From positions 1-64,000 of the forward strand of contig JBBILD010000016.1 in assembly GCA_037445065.1 (NCBI GenBank): a stretch of 64,000 bases of DNA, written 5' to 3'. Each line of letters begins with the position of its first letter. Within the stretch, counting starts at the first letter, position 1. The translations under genes were made by a program, and so were the position numbers. The notes below the pieces were generated by a model. It ran no database searches. It saw nothing but the letters and a program-made list of their open reading frames with translations, and was not told the DNA's origin. The stretch comes from Myxococcales bacterium (GTDB lineage Bacteria > Desulfobacterota > Binatia > HRBIN30). Below, in pieces: positions 10,436 through 22,286 of this stretch.

Positions 10436-10453
10436 GTGGAGTGAAGAACCAGC

Positions 10454-11440
10454 ATGGCCTCGAACTTTGCTCTTTTCCCTGAGCGCGCCTCGACTGTCGC
10501 TGGCGAGGTCGACGCCCTGTACTTGTTCCTGGTCGCGGTGAGCGGCTTTTTCGCAGTTGCCATTGCGCTGCTGGTGGTGTTTTTCGCGGTCAAGTACCGG
10601 CGCCGTAGCGAGGCGGAACGCCCGCCTGCGATCCACGGTTCGCTCGCCCTCGAAGTGGCCTGGACCGTGATCCCCTTTGCTCTGGCCATGGTGATGTTTT
10701 TCTGGGGTGCCAAGGTGTACATTACGCTTGCCGTGCCGCCGCCAAACGCGATGGAAGTGTTCGTGGTCGGCAAGCAGTGGATGTGGAAGCTCCAGCATCT
10801 CGAAGGAAAACGCGAGATCAACGAACTGCACGTGCCGGTGGGCCAGCCGATCAAACTGACCCTGACCTCGGAGGATGTGATTCACAGCTTCTTTGTGCCC
10901 GCTTTCCGGATCAAACAGGACGCGATCCCCGGTCGTTACACCACCGCCTGGTTCGAAGCCACGAAGCCTGGGGTGTACCATTTGTTTTGTGCCGAATACT
11001 GCGGCACCGAACACGCTAAGATGATCGGGCGCGTGGTGGTGATGGACCCGGCGGAGTATCAGGCCTGGCTCAGTGGCGCAGCAACGACCGCCGTTGCCGC
11101 AGCCCCGGCTGACGCGGCGCAGGACCCGCAAGCAGCCCTGGCGGCCGCGGGCGCCGAATTGTTCCAGAAGCTGGGGTGCGTGAGCTGCCACCGCGCACAA
11201 GCAGGTGCGTTGGGGCCGTCGCTTGCCAACCTCTTCGGGCACGAGGTGACGCTGCAAGACGGAAGCAAGGTGGTGGCCGACCAAGAGTACATTCGCGAAT
11301 CGATCTTGAACCCGCAGGCAAAGCTGGTTGCTGGCTACCAGCCGATCATGCCGACCTTCAAAGGCTTGGTGAGCGAGGAAGGCTTGATGCAGCTTCTCGC
11401 GTACATCAAGACCGGAAAGGCAGGAACCGAAACCCAGTGA
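10454..11440 (+). CDS. coxB: Cytochrome c oxidase subunit II with fused C-terminal cytochrome c (caa3 type)
   Basis: Two TMs; DVIHSF and [12 protein letters not shown]uA ligands; C-terminal CVSCH heme motif with IMP. Confidence 0.95.
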   Translation: MASNFALFPERASTVAGEVDALYLFLVAVSGFFAVAIALLVVFFAVKYRRRSEAERPPAIHGSLALEVAWTVIPFALAMVMFFWGAKVYITLAVPPPNAMEVFVVGKQWMWKLQHLEGKREINELHVPVGQPIKLTLTSEDVIHSFFVPAFRIKQDAIPGRYTTAWFEATKPGVYHLFCAEYCGTEHAKMIGRVVVMDPAEYQAWLSGAATTAVAAAPADAAQDPQAALAAAGAELFQKLGCVSCHRAQAGALGPSLANLFGHEVTLQDGSKVVADQEYIRESILNPQAKLVAGYQPIMPTFKGLVSEEGLMQLLAYIKTGKAGTETQ

Positions 11441-11486
11441 GGGTAGAGCCTTCGTAGCCCGCGCGGGGACCAGAGGTGGAAGAACC

Positions 11487-13089
<1,603 letters not shown>

Positions 13090-13097
<8 letters not shown>

Positions 13098-13755
13098 CAG
13101 CACTGCTGCCGCCTTGGAGCACGGGCACAGCCACGCGCACCAGTTCGAGGACGCGGAGCAGCAGTACAGCGCCGCGTCGCTCGGCATGTGGCTGTTCTTA
13201 GTGCAGGAAGTGATGTTTTTCGGTGGCCTCTTCCTGGCCTACGCCGTGTACCGCTCTTGGTACCCAGAGGCGTTTGCGCACGGTAGCCATCACCTCGACA
13301 TCAGGTTGGGGGCGATCAACACCGCGGTGTTGATCGCCAGCAGCCTGACCATGGCGCTCGCTGTGCACGCCGCGCAAACGGGACACCGTGCCCGCTTGTT
13401 GTTGTTTTTGTTCCTCACCCTCTTATTGGGTTCCACCTTCCTGGGCGTGAAAGTGGTGGAGTACAGCCACAAGTGGCACGAGGGGTTAGTGCCTGGGCTG
13501 CAGTGGCACCTCGACGCGCCCGATGCGCGGCAGCAGTACATCTTCTTTTCGCTCTACTTTGCCATGACCGGCATGCACGCCCTGCACATGATCGTGGGCG
13601 CCATCGGCTTGATCGTGCTGCTGATCTTTGCTGCCCAAGGCAAGTACAGCGCCGAGTACAATACGCCCGTCGAAATGTTCGGCCTGTACTGGCACTTCGT
13701 GGACATCGTGTGGATTTTCCTCTTCCCCCTGCTCTACCTGTTCGCGCTTCATTGA
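13090..13755 (+). CDS. coxC: Cytochrome c oxidase subunit III
   Basis: [31 protein letters not shown] motifs; TTG start overlapping coxA. Confidence 0.93.
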
Positions 13756-13770
13756 TCGAGGAGCTTCGCC

Positions 13771-14076
13771 ATGGCCAGTCATGTGGTACCGACCCGCGTG
13801 TACATCGGGGTGTTTTTGAGCCTGATGGTACTGACCGCGATTACCGTTGCCGCCGCCTTCGTGAACCTCGGGACGCTCAACAACGTGGTTGCATTGGCAA
13901 TCGCGTGCTCGAAAGCAGCCCTGGTGATCCTGTTTTTCATGCACGTGCGTTACAGCGACCATTTGGTGAAACTGTCCGTTCTGGTCGCGGTGTTGTTTCT
14001 GGTGATCTTACTGGTGTTCACCATTTTGGACCCCCTCACCCGCGACTGGGTTCGCCCGCTCCACTACATTTCTTGA
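13771..14076 (+). CDS. coxD: Cytochrome c oxidase subunit IV (caa3-type)
   Basis: Three TM segments, KAALVILFFMHV motif, last gene of the operon, GAGGAG RBS. Confidence 0.88.
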   Translation: MASHVVPTRVYIGVFLSLMVLTAITVAAAFVNLGTLNNVVALAIACSKAALVILFFMHVRYSDHLVKLSVLVAVLFLVILLVFTILDPLTRDWVRPLHYIS

Positions 14077-14094
14077 ACGCGAACGTCGGCCGCG

Positions 14095-14570
14095 GATCGG
14101 AGGGGCGGCCCCTGTGGCCGTTGCCGGTGCATGGGGAGCAGCGAGTATCGAGCGGTAGGCGGAGAACTGCGAATCGCCAACGGCGAGCGATCCGTTTGAG
14201 CGGCACCTGCCACCCGCGGCACTGCGCAACCTCCGAGAAGGTGTAGCGGCGCCCCTTGGGGGCGCCTGTGGTGCCGGCGGCAATGCGTTGCGATCGTCCC
14301 CATCGCGGCATCCACGTCGCGGCAGCGACAACGCGCTCCCGGCAGTGCCTTGCCGCCGGCACACGGCGTCCTGACCTCCACGCTGTTACCACCGCGAGCA
14401 ACGCTGAAAGCTTTGCTCCAACACAGCCTGGGGTTGGCGCTGCGCGCCAACCCCAGCAACCGGAGCGTTCCCCCCATCACGCAGCGCAACCCAGTAGGGG
14501 TTGCGCTGCGCCGGGCGTGCGCCACGGCACCCGGGTGCGCCAGCGCAACCCTGTAAGGGTGGGGCCTGTA
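14095..14570 (+). repeat. Composite REP-containing intergenic element, copy 1
   Basis: Degenerate REP near 14100; 7-mer array 14138-14186; GTAG palindrome at 14243; hairpins at 14396-14418, 14428-14456 and 14480-14510. Confidence 0.8.
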
Positions 14571-14728
14571 ACGACTCAGACCGTGCGCTTCCATTTGCAT
14601 CGGCGCTGCCATCGCCGGCAAGGCGGAAGGCACTGCGCAACCCGAACTTGCGCCGCCGCGGCGCATCCGGGCTCCGGCGATGCCAACCGCAGCGCTCGCG
14701 ACGGATTCGTTGCAAAAAGCTGACGCTC

Positions 14729-15814
14729 TTACGAGCCGAGCAGTGCTGCCAGGCGGCGGTGTTCGGGACAGGGAAGGGGGCAAGCCGAGCGCGCGGCCGG
14801 GAGCTTGCGCTGGAAATCGTCCCAGTGCGCGAGCGCACGGGTCACGGTGTCGGGAAGCAAGGTACCGTCTTGCCACGCCTGTTGCAGAGCCTGACGAACG
14901 CCCACGGCAGCTTCGGCGGTTTGGCACACGAGCAACCCATCGGCGCCGGCTTCGAGCGCCTGCGCTGCCGCCACACCCAGAGCGGCTTTCTCGGCAATGG
15001 CTGCCATTTCCAGATCGTCGCTGAGCACAAGCCCGCCAAAGCCGAGCTGCTCGCGCAGCACCCGCTGCAGGATGGCAGCGGAAAGTGTGGCCGGGCGGGC
15101 CGCATCCCAAGCCGGGTACACGACATGGGCGGTCATGAGCGCCGGGATTCCCGCTTGTACCGCGGCACGAAAGGGAACCAGTTCTCGCTCGGCCAGGGTT
15201 GCGCGCGAGGCGGTCACGCGCGGTAAGGCGACGTGGGAGTCGGCATCGGTATCGCCGTGGCCTGGGAAGTGTTTCGCGCACGGCAGAACGCCCCCACGAA
15301 GAAAGCCGCGCGCCAGCGCACAGCCGAGCCGCGCTACGCGCTGCGGATCGGACGAAAGGGCACGGTCGCCGATCACCGGGTTGTGGGGACACGAGGCAAC
15401 GTCGAGCACCGGGGCGTAGACCACGTCGAACCCGACCGCGGAAAGCTCCCGGCCCATCGCCTCGCCCACCGCTTGCGCGAGTGCCTCGTCACCGCTCGCC
15501 CCGAGAACAGCCATGGGGGGGAAGCGTGTGAACGGTTCGCCGAGGCGAACCACTCGGCCTCCCTCGTGGTCAATGCTGACCAGAGGGTGCCATGGGAGCG
15601 CGTGCAAGGCTTCGATCAGGCGGGCCAGGTCCTCCACACGAGCGGGCAGGTTGCGGCGGAACAAAATGACCGCCCCTGGTTGCACCGCGTGCAAGTACTC
15701 TGCGGTCGCCGCGTCCAGCTCGGGGCCAGGGATGCCCACCACGAGCAGGCGCCCGAGGGGCGGGCTCTGCGGGGCGCTCTGCGATGGCTGCGCTGCGGTC
15801 AAACCTTCACCCAA
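14729..15814 (-). CDS. nagZ: Beta-N-acetylhexosaminidase (GH3)
   Basis: SIDHEGGRVVR, KHFPGHGDTDADSH, SDDLEM motifs. The true start may be the TTG at 15802, overlapping the upstream stop. Confidence 0.92.
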   Translation of the reverse strand: MGEGLTAAQPSQSAPQSPPLGRLLVVGIPGPELDAATAEYLHAVQPGAVILFRRNLPARVEDLARLIEALHALPWHPLVSIDHEGGRVVRLGEPFTRFPPMAVLGASGDEALAQAVGEAMGRELSAVGFDVVYAPVLDVASCPHNPVIGDRALSSDPQRVARLGCALARGFLRGGVLPCAKHFPGHGDTDADSHVALPRVTASRATLAERELVPFRAAVQAGIPALMTAHVVYPAWDAARPATLSAAILQRVLREQLGFGGLVLSDDLEMAAIAEKAALGVAAAQALEAGADGLLVCQTAEAAVGVRQALQQAWQDGTLLPDTVTRALAHWDDFQRKLPAARSACPLPCPEHRRLAALLGS

Positions 15815-16107
15815 ATCGCGCCGTCTTCGACTTTGACCTCGAAGCGCTCTACCGAGCGTTCACTGTCTTCCAGGCACTCGCCGGTGGTGATGTCGTAAGC
15901 CCAGCCGTGCAGGGGGCAAAAGACCGTGTGTCCGTCCACCTCGCCCTCTGCTAGCGGCCCTCCTTGATGCCGGCAGGCGTTATCGATGGCGTAAAACTTC
16001 CCGTCGCGGGCATGAAACAGGGCGATGACGCGGCCGCGCACCTCCACTGCCATGCCCCCACCGGCGGGGATTTCCTCGGCCGATGCGACTCGCACGAATT
16101 CGCTCAT
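15799..16107 (-). CDS. Rieske [2Fe-2S] ferredoxin (NirD-like)
   Basis: CRH...CPLH ligand motifs; ATG at 16107 after an AGAGAGG RBS; 102 aa. Confidence 0.9.
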   Translation of the reverse strand: MSEFVRVASAEEIPAGGGMAVEVRGRVIALFHARDGKFYAIDNACRHQGGPLAEGEVDGHTVFCPLHGWAYDITTGECLEDSERSVERFEVKVEDGAIWVKV

Positions 16108-16329
16108 GACGACCTCTCTGTTGCGTGTGCGCTGTTCTGTAGAAAAGCGGTTGCGCGGAGAAAAGGCGCACGACAAATCCCTCCGGACCATCCGTCGGAC
16201 AATCGTCAGAGGGAAGCGGGTCGGCCGCTCACCGGCAGGCGGAGCCGCGAAACGCGGCGACGCCGGATCCCGTTGCCGTAAAGCATCCCGCCGGAGCCAG
16301 CGCGCCGCCTTTTCCCAGCGAACCCGCCC

Positions 16330-16974
16330 TCAAATGAAGTCCGCCAGGCCTGCGAGCTGTTGCACCCACTCATCGGGAATCAAGCTCACCGTGCCTCCGA
16401 ACTGCTTCACGTACAGCATGATCTTGGCGGTCTCCTCGATCATCATGGCGCGCACTGCCGCTTTGCGCAGGGTTTTGTCCACGGTCATGAGGCCATGGTT
16501 TTGGAGGATGCAGCCGCGGCTCTTCTTGAGCGCTTCGTGAACCGCGTCGGCGAGTTCTTTGGATCCCGGCATGTACCAAGGCACTAGCGGCGTGTCGCGC
16601 AGGAAAATCGCGTCGGTATTGATCGGAGGAAACACCTGATTCGTGATTCCGAACGCGGTGGCCACCGGCGCGTGCGTATGCACCGCACCCGTGGTCCCGG
16701 GCCGTGCCTCGTACGCTCCCCAGTGCATCTGCCACTCCACGGAGGGGATGCGCTCGCCTTCCACCACCGAGCCGTCGCGGCGGATACGCACGAGGTCCGC
16801 CGTGGTCAGCCCGCCCTTGTACATTTGGCTGGGAGTGATCCAGATCGTTTCTTCGTCAGCCGCACGCGCGCTGACGTTTCCCCCGGTCGCAGTCAAAAGC
16901 CCGTGCTGAAAGAGTTCATTGGTGATCTGGATGATTTGTTCTTTTGCCTCGGCGTCGGTCCACATTTCGTTCAT
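16330..16974 (-). CDS. Class II aldolase/adducin family protein
   Basis: GGNVSAR, PSVEWQMH, HTH and NHG Zn-binding motifs. Confidence 0.88.
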   Translation of the reverse strand: MNEMWTDAEAKEQIIQITNELFQHGLLTATGGNVSARAADEETIWITPSQMYKGGLTTADLVRIRRDGSVVEGERIPSVEWQMHWGAYEARPGTTGAVHTHAPVATAFGITNQVFPPINTDAIFLRDTPLVPWYMPGSKELADAVHEALKKSRGCILQNHGLMTVDKTLRKAAVRAMMIEETAKIMLYVKQFGGTVSLIPDEWVQQLAGLADFI

Positions 16975-17334
16975 CCTCCTGCCCGACTTGTCTTCCCCTT
17001 GCTGGGCCGAAAATCAACCGTCTCGCCGGGTTGGCTCGGCGAAGAACCACGTGATCCAGTGAGCCGCCGAGGGCCGCTCACCTACGGTAGTGTCGTCGCC
17101 AGTGGCACTGGGCCCGCTGGCGGCTCCGCACTCGCGAATGGGCAAATGACCTTAACGGCGGCAACGCGGGCTGCCCCGTCATGCGGCCGCGCGGCCCGTC
17201 GGGGCGCAGCGATACCGGCCAGTTGCGATGCGCAATTCGCTAGTTTGCGTGCTGGGCTCGCTGCGGGCGGTTCGTTGTCTGCAGCGCGCGCCGCCTTGCG
17301 GGAAGCTCTCGTCACAAGGCAAGATCGTACGGTC

Positions 17335-19254
17335 GTGACCCCCTTGGATGCTCTCATCGTGCTGGCGTTCGTTGCGTACTGCGTCGCACAAGGGTTTCGG
17401 CATCGCGCGATCGCCGGGCAGAGTCTCGAGCAGTACTTTCTGGCTGGGCGCAGCTTACCGGGCTGGAAGGCAGGGATCTCGATGGCTGCCACCCAGTTTG
17501 CGGCGGATACGCCGCTGGTGGTCACGGGGCTGATTGCCAGCGCCGGCATCTTTGGTTTGTGGCGGCTCTGGATTTACGCGCCGGCCTTTCTCCTGCTCGG
17601 CTTCGTGTTGGGTCCGAGTTGGCGCAAAGCGGGGGTCCTGACCGACGCGGAACTCAGCGAGGCGCGCTACGGCGGGCGCGCTGCCGCAGTACTGCGCGTG
17701 GTGAAGGCGGTGTACTTCGGAACCGTGTGGAACTGCGTGGTCCTGGCCATGGTCTTGCTCGGTGCCACCCGTATCGCCGAGCCGTTCCTGACGTGGAACA
17801 CCTGGTTGCCGGCCGCCTGGTTCGACCCGCTTCTGCACGTGGTGAAGGCGGTAGGCGTGCCGCTGACCATCGTTGCAGGCGACCCGGCGCAGTGGCCTGC
17901 CGATGTTTGGACGCGTTCGGCCAACAATCTCCTCTCGATTGCTGTGCTCGTTGCGGTCACTGCCTTTTATTCCATGACCGGTGGTTTGCGCAGCGTGGTG
18001 GCTACCGACCTCGTTCAGTTCGCCATCATGATGGCGGGCACGTTCGCGTACGCATGGTGCTTGCTCGCGCATGTCGGTGGCTGGAACGCCCTGCCCGAGC
18101 ACCTGGTGGCCTTGTTTGCACGCGGCTCGGCCGGGCCACTGTCTTCTGCCGATCACTTGCTCTCGTTCACACCCAGCCACGAAATCCCGCTTGCGTTCCT
18201 GACCGTGCTCGCTCTGCAGTGGCTGGCGCAAATGAACTCCGACGGAACCGGCTATCTAGCGCAGCGCACCATGGCGTGCCGCTCCGACCGCGATGCCAAA
18301 CAGGCGGCGCTGTGCTTTACCGTGGCCCAGATTCTCTTTCGTAGCCTTCTCTGGTTGCCGATCGGCGTTGGGTTGCTGGTGCTGTTCCCGCCGCAGAACT
18401 CGCCGGCCACAGAAGCCGTGTATGTGGCGGAGCGGGAGTTTACCTACGTGCTCGGCATGCGCGAGGTGTTGCCGGCTGGAATCAAAGGCTTGGTGCTCAC
18501 CGCCATGTTGGCGGCGCTCGCTTCCACCGTAGACACGCACCTCAACTGGGGTGCTTCGTACTGGAGCAACGATCTGTACAAGCGCGGCATTTGCCAGGGA
18601 TGGCTCGGCAAGGAGCCCTCTCCCCGCTCCTTGGTGCAGGTGGCGCGGCTGTCGAACGGTATCCTTCTGCTGCTCGCATTGGGCGTGATGATCCACTTGG
18701 GTTCGATTCAAGAAGCCTGGTTGCGCAGTCTCCTCTTGGGCGCGGGCATGGGAGGGCTGCTGGTGCTGCGCTGGCTGTGGTGGCGCTGGAACGCGTGGGG
18801 AGAGCTGTGCGGGCTGCTGGGGTCGGTCCTCTTGGTGGCGCTCTCGGAGATTGCACGACTCGATTCGGCAACCGCCTTCTTGCTCGTTTTCGTAGGCGCC
18901 ACGCTGAGCGGTGTGGCGGGCACCCTGCTGTCGGCGCCTGAAGAGCAGTGGCGCCTCGTAGCCTTTTACCGCCGCGCTCGTCCTCCCGGCTTTTGGGCCC
19001 CTGTGGCATGTGCCGCAGGTTGCCCTGATGACGGTGTTCGCCGCCTGGCCGTCGGCCTAGCGGCGGTGGCCGTTGCCTCGTTTTCGCTGTTCTCGGTTTT
19101 GGTGAGCGTGGGCTCTTGGGTGGTTGGCAGTCCAGCGCCGAGTTGGTGGCCAGGCAGCCGCACGCAGTGGCTGCTCGCCTTATTCGGTGCCGGCGTGCTG
19201 CTGGTGCCGCTGTGGTGGCGCTTGGCCTTCCCGGCTGCCGACAAGGAAGAGTGA
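17335..19254 (+). CDS. Sodium:solute symporter (SSS family)
   Basis: YFLAGRSLPGW, ATQFAADTPL, GGLRSVVATD motifs; many TMs; likely GTG start at 17335. Confidence 0.88.
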   Translation: MTPLDALIVLAFVAYCVAQGFRHRAIAGQSLEQYFLAGRSLPGWKAGISMAATQFAADTPLVVTGLIASAGIFGLWRLWIYAPAFLLLGFVLGPSWRKAGVLTDAELSEARYGGRAAAVLRVVKAVYFGTVWNCVVLAMVLLGATRIAEPFLTWNTWLPAAWFDPLLHVVKAVGVPLTIVAGDPAQWPADVWTRSANNLLSIAVLVAVTAFYSMTGGLRSVVATDLVQFAIMMAGTFAYAWCLLAHVGGWNALPEHLVALFARGSAGPLSSADHLLSFTPSHEIPLAFLTVLALQWLAQMNSDGTGYLAQRTMACRSDRDAKQAALCFTVAQILFRSLLWLPIGVGLLVLFPPQNSPATEAVYVAEREFTYVLGMREVLPAGIKGLVLTAMLAALASTVDTHLNWGASYWSNDLYKRGICQGWLGKEPSPRSLVQVARLSNGILLLLALGVMIHLGSIQEAWLRSLLLGAGMGGLLVLRWLWWRWNAWGELCGLLGSVLLVALSEIARLDSATAFLLVFVGATLSGVAGTLLSAPEEQWRLVAFYRRARPPGFWAPVACAAGCPDDGVRRLAVGLAAVAVASFSLFSVLVSVGSWVVGSPAPSWWPGSRTQWLLALFGAGVLLVPLWWRLAFPAADKEE

Positions 19255-19396
19255 AGTGGCGGATCGCTGCCGCGATCGCGTCGAGTCCGGCGCCGCCCAC
19301 TGTGCCCTTGGCCGGGTGGGGCCGCGGGCCAGAATTGCGGTCCAGCCCACCCGAGGGCACCTGGTATGCTCGGCTCCTTTGCTATCGTTGGAGCCG

Positions 19397-21571
19397 ATGC
19401 GGCGGAGTGCTTCGTGCTGGTGGTTTGTTTTGTTGGCCGGCCTGATGCTGGGAACCATGGGTTGCGGTGGCCTGGGCTGGAGCACCTGGCTCGATCCGCA
19501 GACCTGGCTGCTGCGCTGGCAAGACGAACCCGCCAAGCTCGCCCGCTTCGGCGCGGCCTGGACGGCATGGGAACGGGGCGAAGTGGGAGCGGCCGAGCGC
19601 GAGTTCCTCCGCCTGGCGCTCGCCATGCCGGAACTTGCAGACCACGCGTTGTACCTTGCTGCCGAAGCAGCTGCGCGCTCCGGCCGCGCGCAAAAGCAGC
19701 GGGCACGGCTGGCGGCGCTGGCGCGCCGTTTTCCGCAGAGTGTGTGGTTCCCTCGCGCCGCCCTCGGACTTGCCCGGGCCGCGCTCGAGGCTCGGCGGCC
19801 CGAGGAGGCTTGGCACTGGACGTTGCGCGCGTTGAGCGGCCCCAATGCGAGCGAGGTAGAGCGGGAGGCACGCCTGATCCTCGCTCGCGTGGATGAGCAG
19901 CAAGGGCGCCGCAGCGAGGCGGCTGCGGCCTACCGCGAGCTGTGGCGCACCGCCCGCGGGAGCGCCGTTGGTCGCGAGGCCAAACAAGCTCTGCTTGCCT
20001 TACGTGCGAGCGAACCCGCACTTCGACCGAGCGCAGCCATGCTCGTGGAAGAAGCACGGTGGGCGCTCGAGGAGCGCGACCTCGAACTGGCCGAGCGCAG
20101 TGCCGAGGAGGCTTTGCGCAGCGGCAGTCCCGATGATGCCGCTGCGGCAGCGATGGTGCTCGGCGAAGTTGCCTACCGGGCGGGCAGACGCGAGCAGGCT
20201 TGGCGCACGTTTTGGGGTGTGGCGCAAAGAAGCCCGCAGTCGCCGTGGGCACCGCGGGCACTGTTTCGGTTGGCCTTCCTGTTGTGGAATGCCGACCGCG
20301 ACACGGCTGCAGAACGAGTGTTCGCGGAACTCGCCAAACGCTACCCAGGGAGCGACGAGGCAGCCAAAGGTTTCTTGGCGCGCGCGCGCATGGCGCTGCA
20401 GAAAGGTAACAGCGAACAAGCGCTGGCGTTGCTCGCGCGCTTGGACGCGTTTGTGGTGCCGGCCGATCTCGAGCGCGAAGTGGCTTGGTGGAAAGCTTGG
20501 GCGTACTGGTTGCGAGCGGACTGCCAAGCCGCGGCCCGTGCCTTTGCGGCTTTGGGTGACAACGATGCCGCTGGCAGGTATTGGCGGGCGCGGGCAGAGG
20601 AGGCGTGCGGCAACGAGCGCCGTGCCCAGGAGCTGTATACGCGCGTGGAGGAGTCCGACCCTGGGTATTATGGCTTGCTCGCGGCCCGGCGGCGGCGCGG
20701 CCTCGGCTCCCTTCCCCTCCGTGCTGCCACGCATTTCCTCGCCGCGCCCATGAGCCCGCCTCCGCCCGCGCTCGAAGGGGGCGATTTTTTCCACCAGCGC
20801 CGCTGGCAGCTTTTGTTGGCGGCCGGTGTGCGCGAGCTCGCCAAGCCCGAACTTGCCGCCTTCTTGCCTTCGGTCCCGGTGCACACCACGGCGCAGCGCA
20901 TCGCCGTTCTGGAGGCGCTGCAGGCCACGGCGGCGTACCGGGAAGCGGTCGCACAGGCGCGATCGTGGGTGGACCTCGAAGAAGGCGTTCGCAGCCGGGC
21001 TCTCTACCCCCTCGCGTACTGGGATGCGGTAAGCGCGGCGGCACGCGAGTTCGACCTCGATCCGCTCCTTCTGCTCGCAGTGATGCGGCAGGAAAGCCTG
21101 TTCGATCCCAAAGCAGAGTCGGCGGCCGGTGCCCGTGGTCTGATGCAAGTCATGCCAGCGACCGCACAGCAGGCAGCCGCTGCTTTGGGGATCGGGCTGA
21201 CCAGCGAGCAGCTCTCCGATCCCACTGTCAACGTGCGCTTGGGAGCGCGCCACTTGCGGCAGTTGCTCGACCGCTACCAGAACGATCTCGTGCGCGCGCT
21301 GGCAGCGTACAACGGTGGCGAACGCGCGGCCGATCGCTGGTCGGCCCAAGCGGCAGGGAGGGACCCAGACGAGTTCGTCGAGCGTATCACATACCGCGAA
21401 ACGCGCGAGTACGTAAAGCGAGTGCTCGCGCACTACCGCAACTACGCCCGCCTTTATTCCTCATCGTCTTCGATTGTGGCTTCCTGTTCCTCCAGCCCTG
21501 CCCCGCGTGCCCGGACGAGCGGCTCCAGCGATACGTACGCGCGCATGAACTGCAGCTCCTTGCGGTGCTGA
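19397..21571 (+). CDS. slt: Soluble lytic murein transglycosylase (TPR-like helical region plus SLT domain), probable lipoprotein
   Basis: RQESLF catalytic Glu, GARGLMQVMP, AAYNGG, ETREYVKRV; N-terminal signal ending MGC. Confidence 0.88.
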   Translation: MRRSASCWWFVLLAGLMLGTMGCGGLGWSTWLDPQTWLLRWQDEPAKLARFGAAWTAWERGEVGAAEREFLRLALAMPELADHALYLAAEAAARSGRAQKQRARLAALARRFPQSVWFPRAALGLARAALEARRPEEAWHWTLRALSGPNASEVEREARLILARVDEQQGRRSEAAAAYRELWRTARGSAVGREAKQALLALRASEPALRPSAAMLVEEARWALEERDLELAERSAEEALRSGSPDDAAAAAMVLGEVAYRAGRREQAWRTFWGVAQRSPQSPWAPRALFRLAFLLWNADRDTAAERVFAELAKRYPGSDEAAKGFLARARMALQKGNSEQALALLARLDAFVVPADLEREVAWWKAWAYWLRADCQAAARAFAALGDNDAAGRYWRARAEEACGNERRAQELYTRVEESDPGYYGLLAARRRRGLGSLPLRAATHFLAAPMSPPPPALEGGDFFHQRRWQLLLAAGVRELAKPELAAFLPSVPVHTTAQRIAVLEALQATAAYREAVAQARSWVDLEEGVRSRALYPLAYWDAVSAAAREFDLDPLLLLAVMRQESLFDPKAESAAGARGLMQVMPATAQQAAAALGIGLTSEQLSDPTVNVRLGARHLRQLLDRYQNDLVRALAAYNGGERAADRWSAQAAGRDPDEFVERITYRETREYVKRVLAHYRNYARLYSSSSSIVASCSSSPAPRARTSGSSDTYARMNCSSLRC

Positions 21572-21915
21572 GGGGCGAGGCGGCGCAACTTGCGCATGCC
21601 CATGGGGGTGATCTTGACCAGCACCCGCCGCGGATCCTCCGGGTCGGTTTCGCGCATCACCAGACCCTCTTGCTCCGCACGGTCAATCAGCTCCACCGCG
21701 CTGTGGTGGCGCACTTGCAGCAACTGCGCGATCCGGAAGATCGGCAAACCTTGCTCTTTCTCCAAACCCGCCACGCACAGCAGAAGTTGGTGCTGCTGCG
21801 GCGTGAGTCCGACCTTGCGGGCAGCCAACTCGCTGGCCCGCAACAGCTTGCGCAGCATGGTGCGAAAGCGAGCCAGGTTGCGAATGTCGGAAAGAAACGA
21901 GGTGGGCACAGCCAA
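21454..21915 (-). CDS. MarR family transcriptional regulator
   Basis: GLTPQQHQLLL, HHSAVELIDR, DPEDPRRVLVKIT winged-helix motifs; exact start uncertain. Confidence 0.88.
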   Translation of the reverse strand: MAVPTSFLSDIRNLARFRTMLRKLLRASELAARKVGLTPQQHQLLLCVAGLEKEQGLPIFRIAQLLQVRHHSAVELIDRAEQEGLVMRETDPEDPRRVLVKITPMGMRKLRRLAPQHRKELQFMRAYVSLEPLVRARGAGLEEQEATIEDDEE

Positions 21916-21954
21916 ACCTGCCTACCCTCGGCGAGCCTGCGAGGCAACCGTTGC

Positions 21955-22280
21955 AGAGCGCGAGTGGCGGGCAGCGAGCGGGTAAGCGGCGAATGGCGAA
22001 TGGCGAGTCGTCAGCGGCGGATGATCTGTTTGTGCGGCATCCGTTAGCGGCGGCACGGCGGTACCTGCGAGGAACTGTAGGGGGCGGCCCTTGTGGCCGC
22101 CCGTGCTGATGGCGGCACGGTGCTTCGATCGTGCGCATCGCAGGAGCGGCAATGCGCTGCTGCCGTTGCGTTTTTGCAGGCGCACCGCGTCCGAACATCC
22201 TCGCGGCCCCCGCCGCGGGCAACGCTGAAAGCGTTGCTCCAAGTGCAGCCTTGGGTTGGCGCGCAGCACCAACCCAAGGA
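21955..22280 (+). repeat. Composite REP-containing intergenic element, copy 2
   Basis: 7-mer array 21964-22020; GTAGGGGGCGGCCCTTGTGGCCGCCC at 22077-22102; hairpins at 22217-22239 and 22249-22279. Confidence 0.85.
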
Positions 22281-22286
22281 ACGGCT

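Noticed and set aside
16672..17334. 221-codon N-terminal extension of the SSS transporter ORF
   Set aside because: It overlaps the opposite-strand aldolase gene and lacks transporter character; family similarity begins at about 17335.
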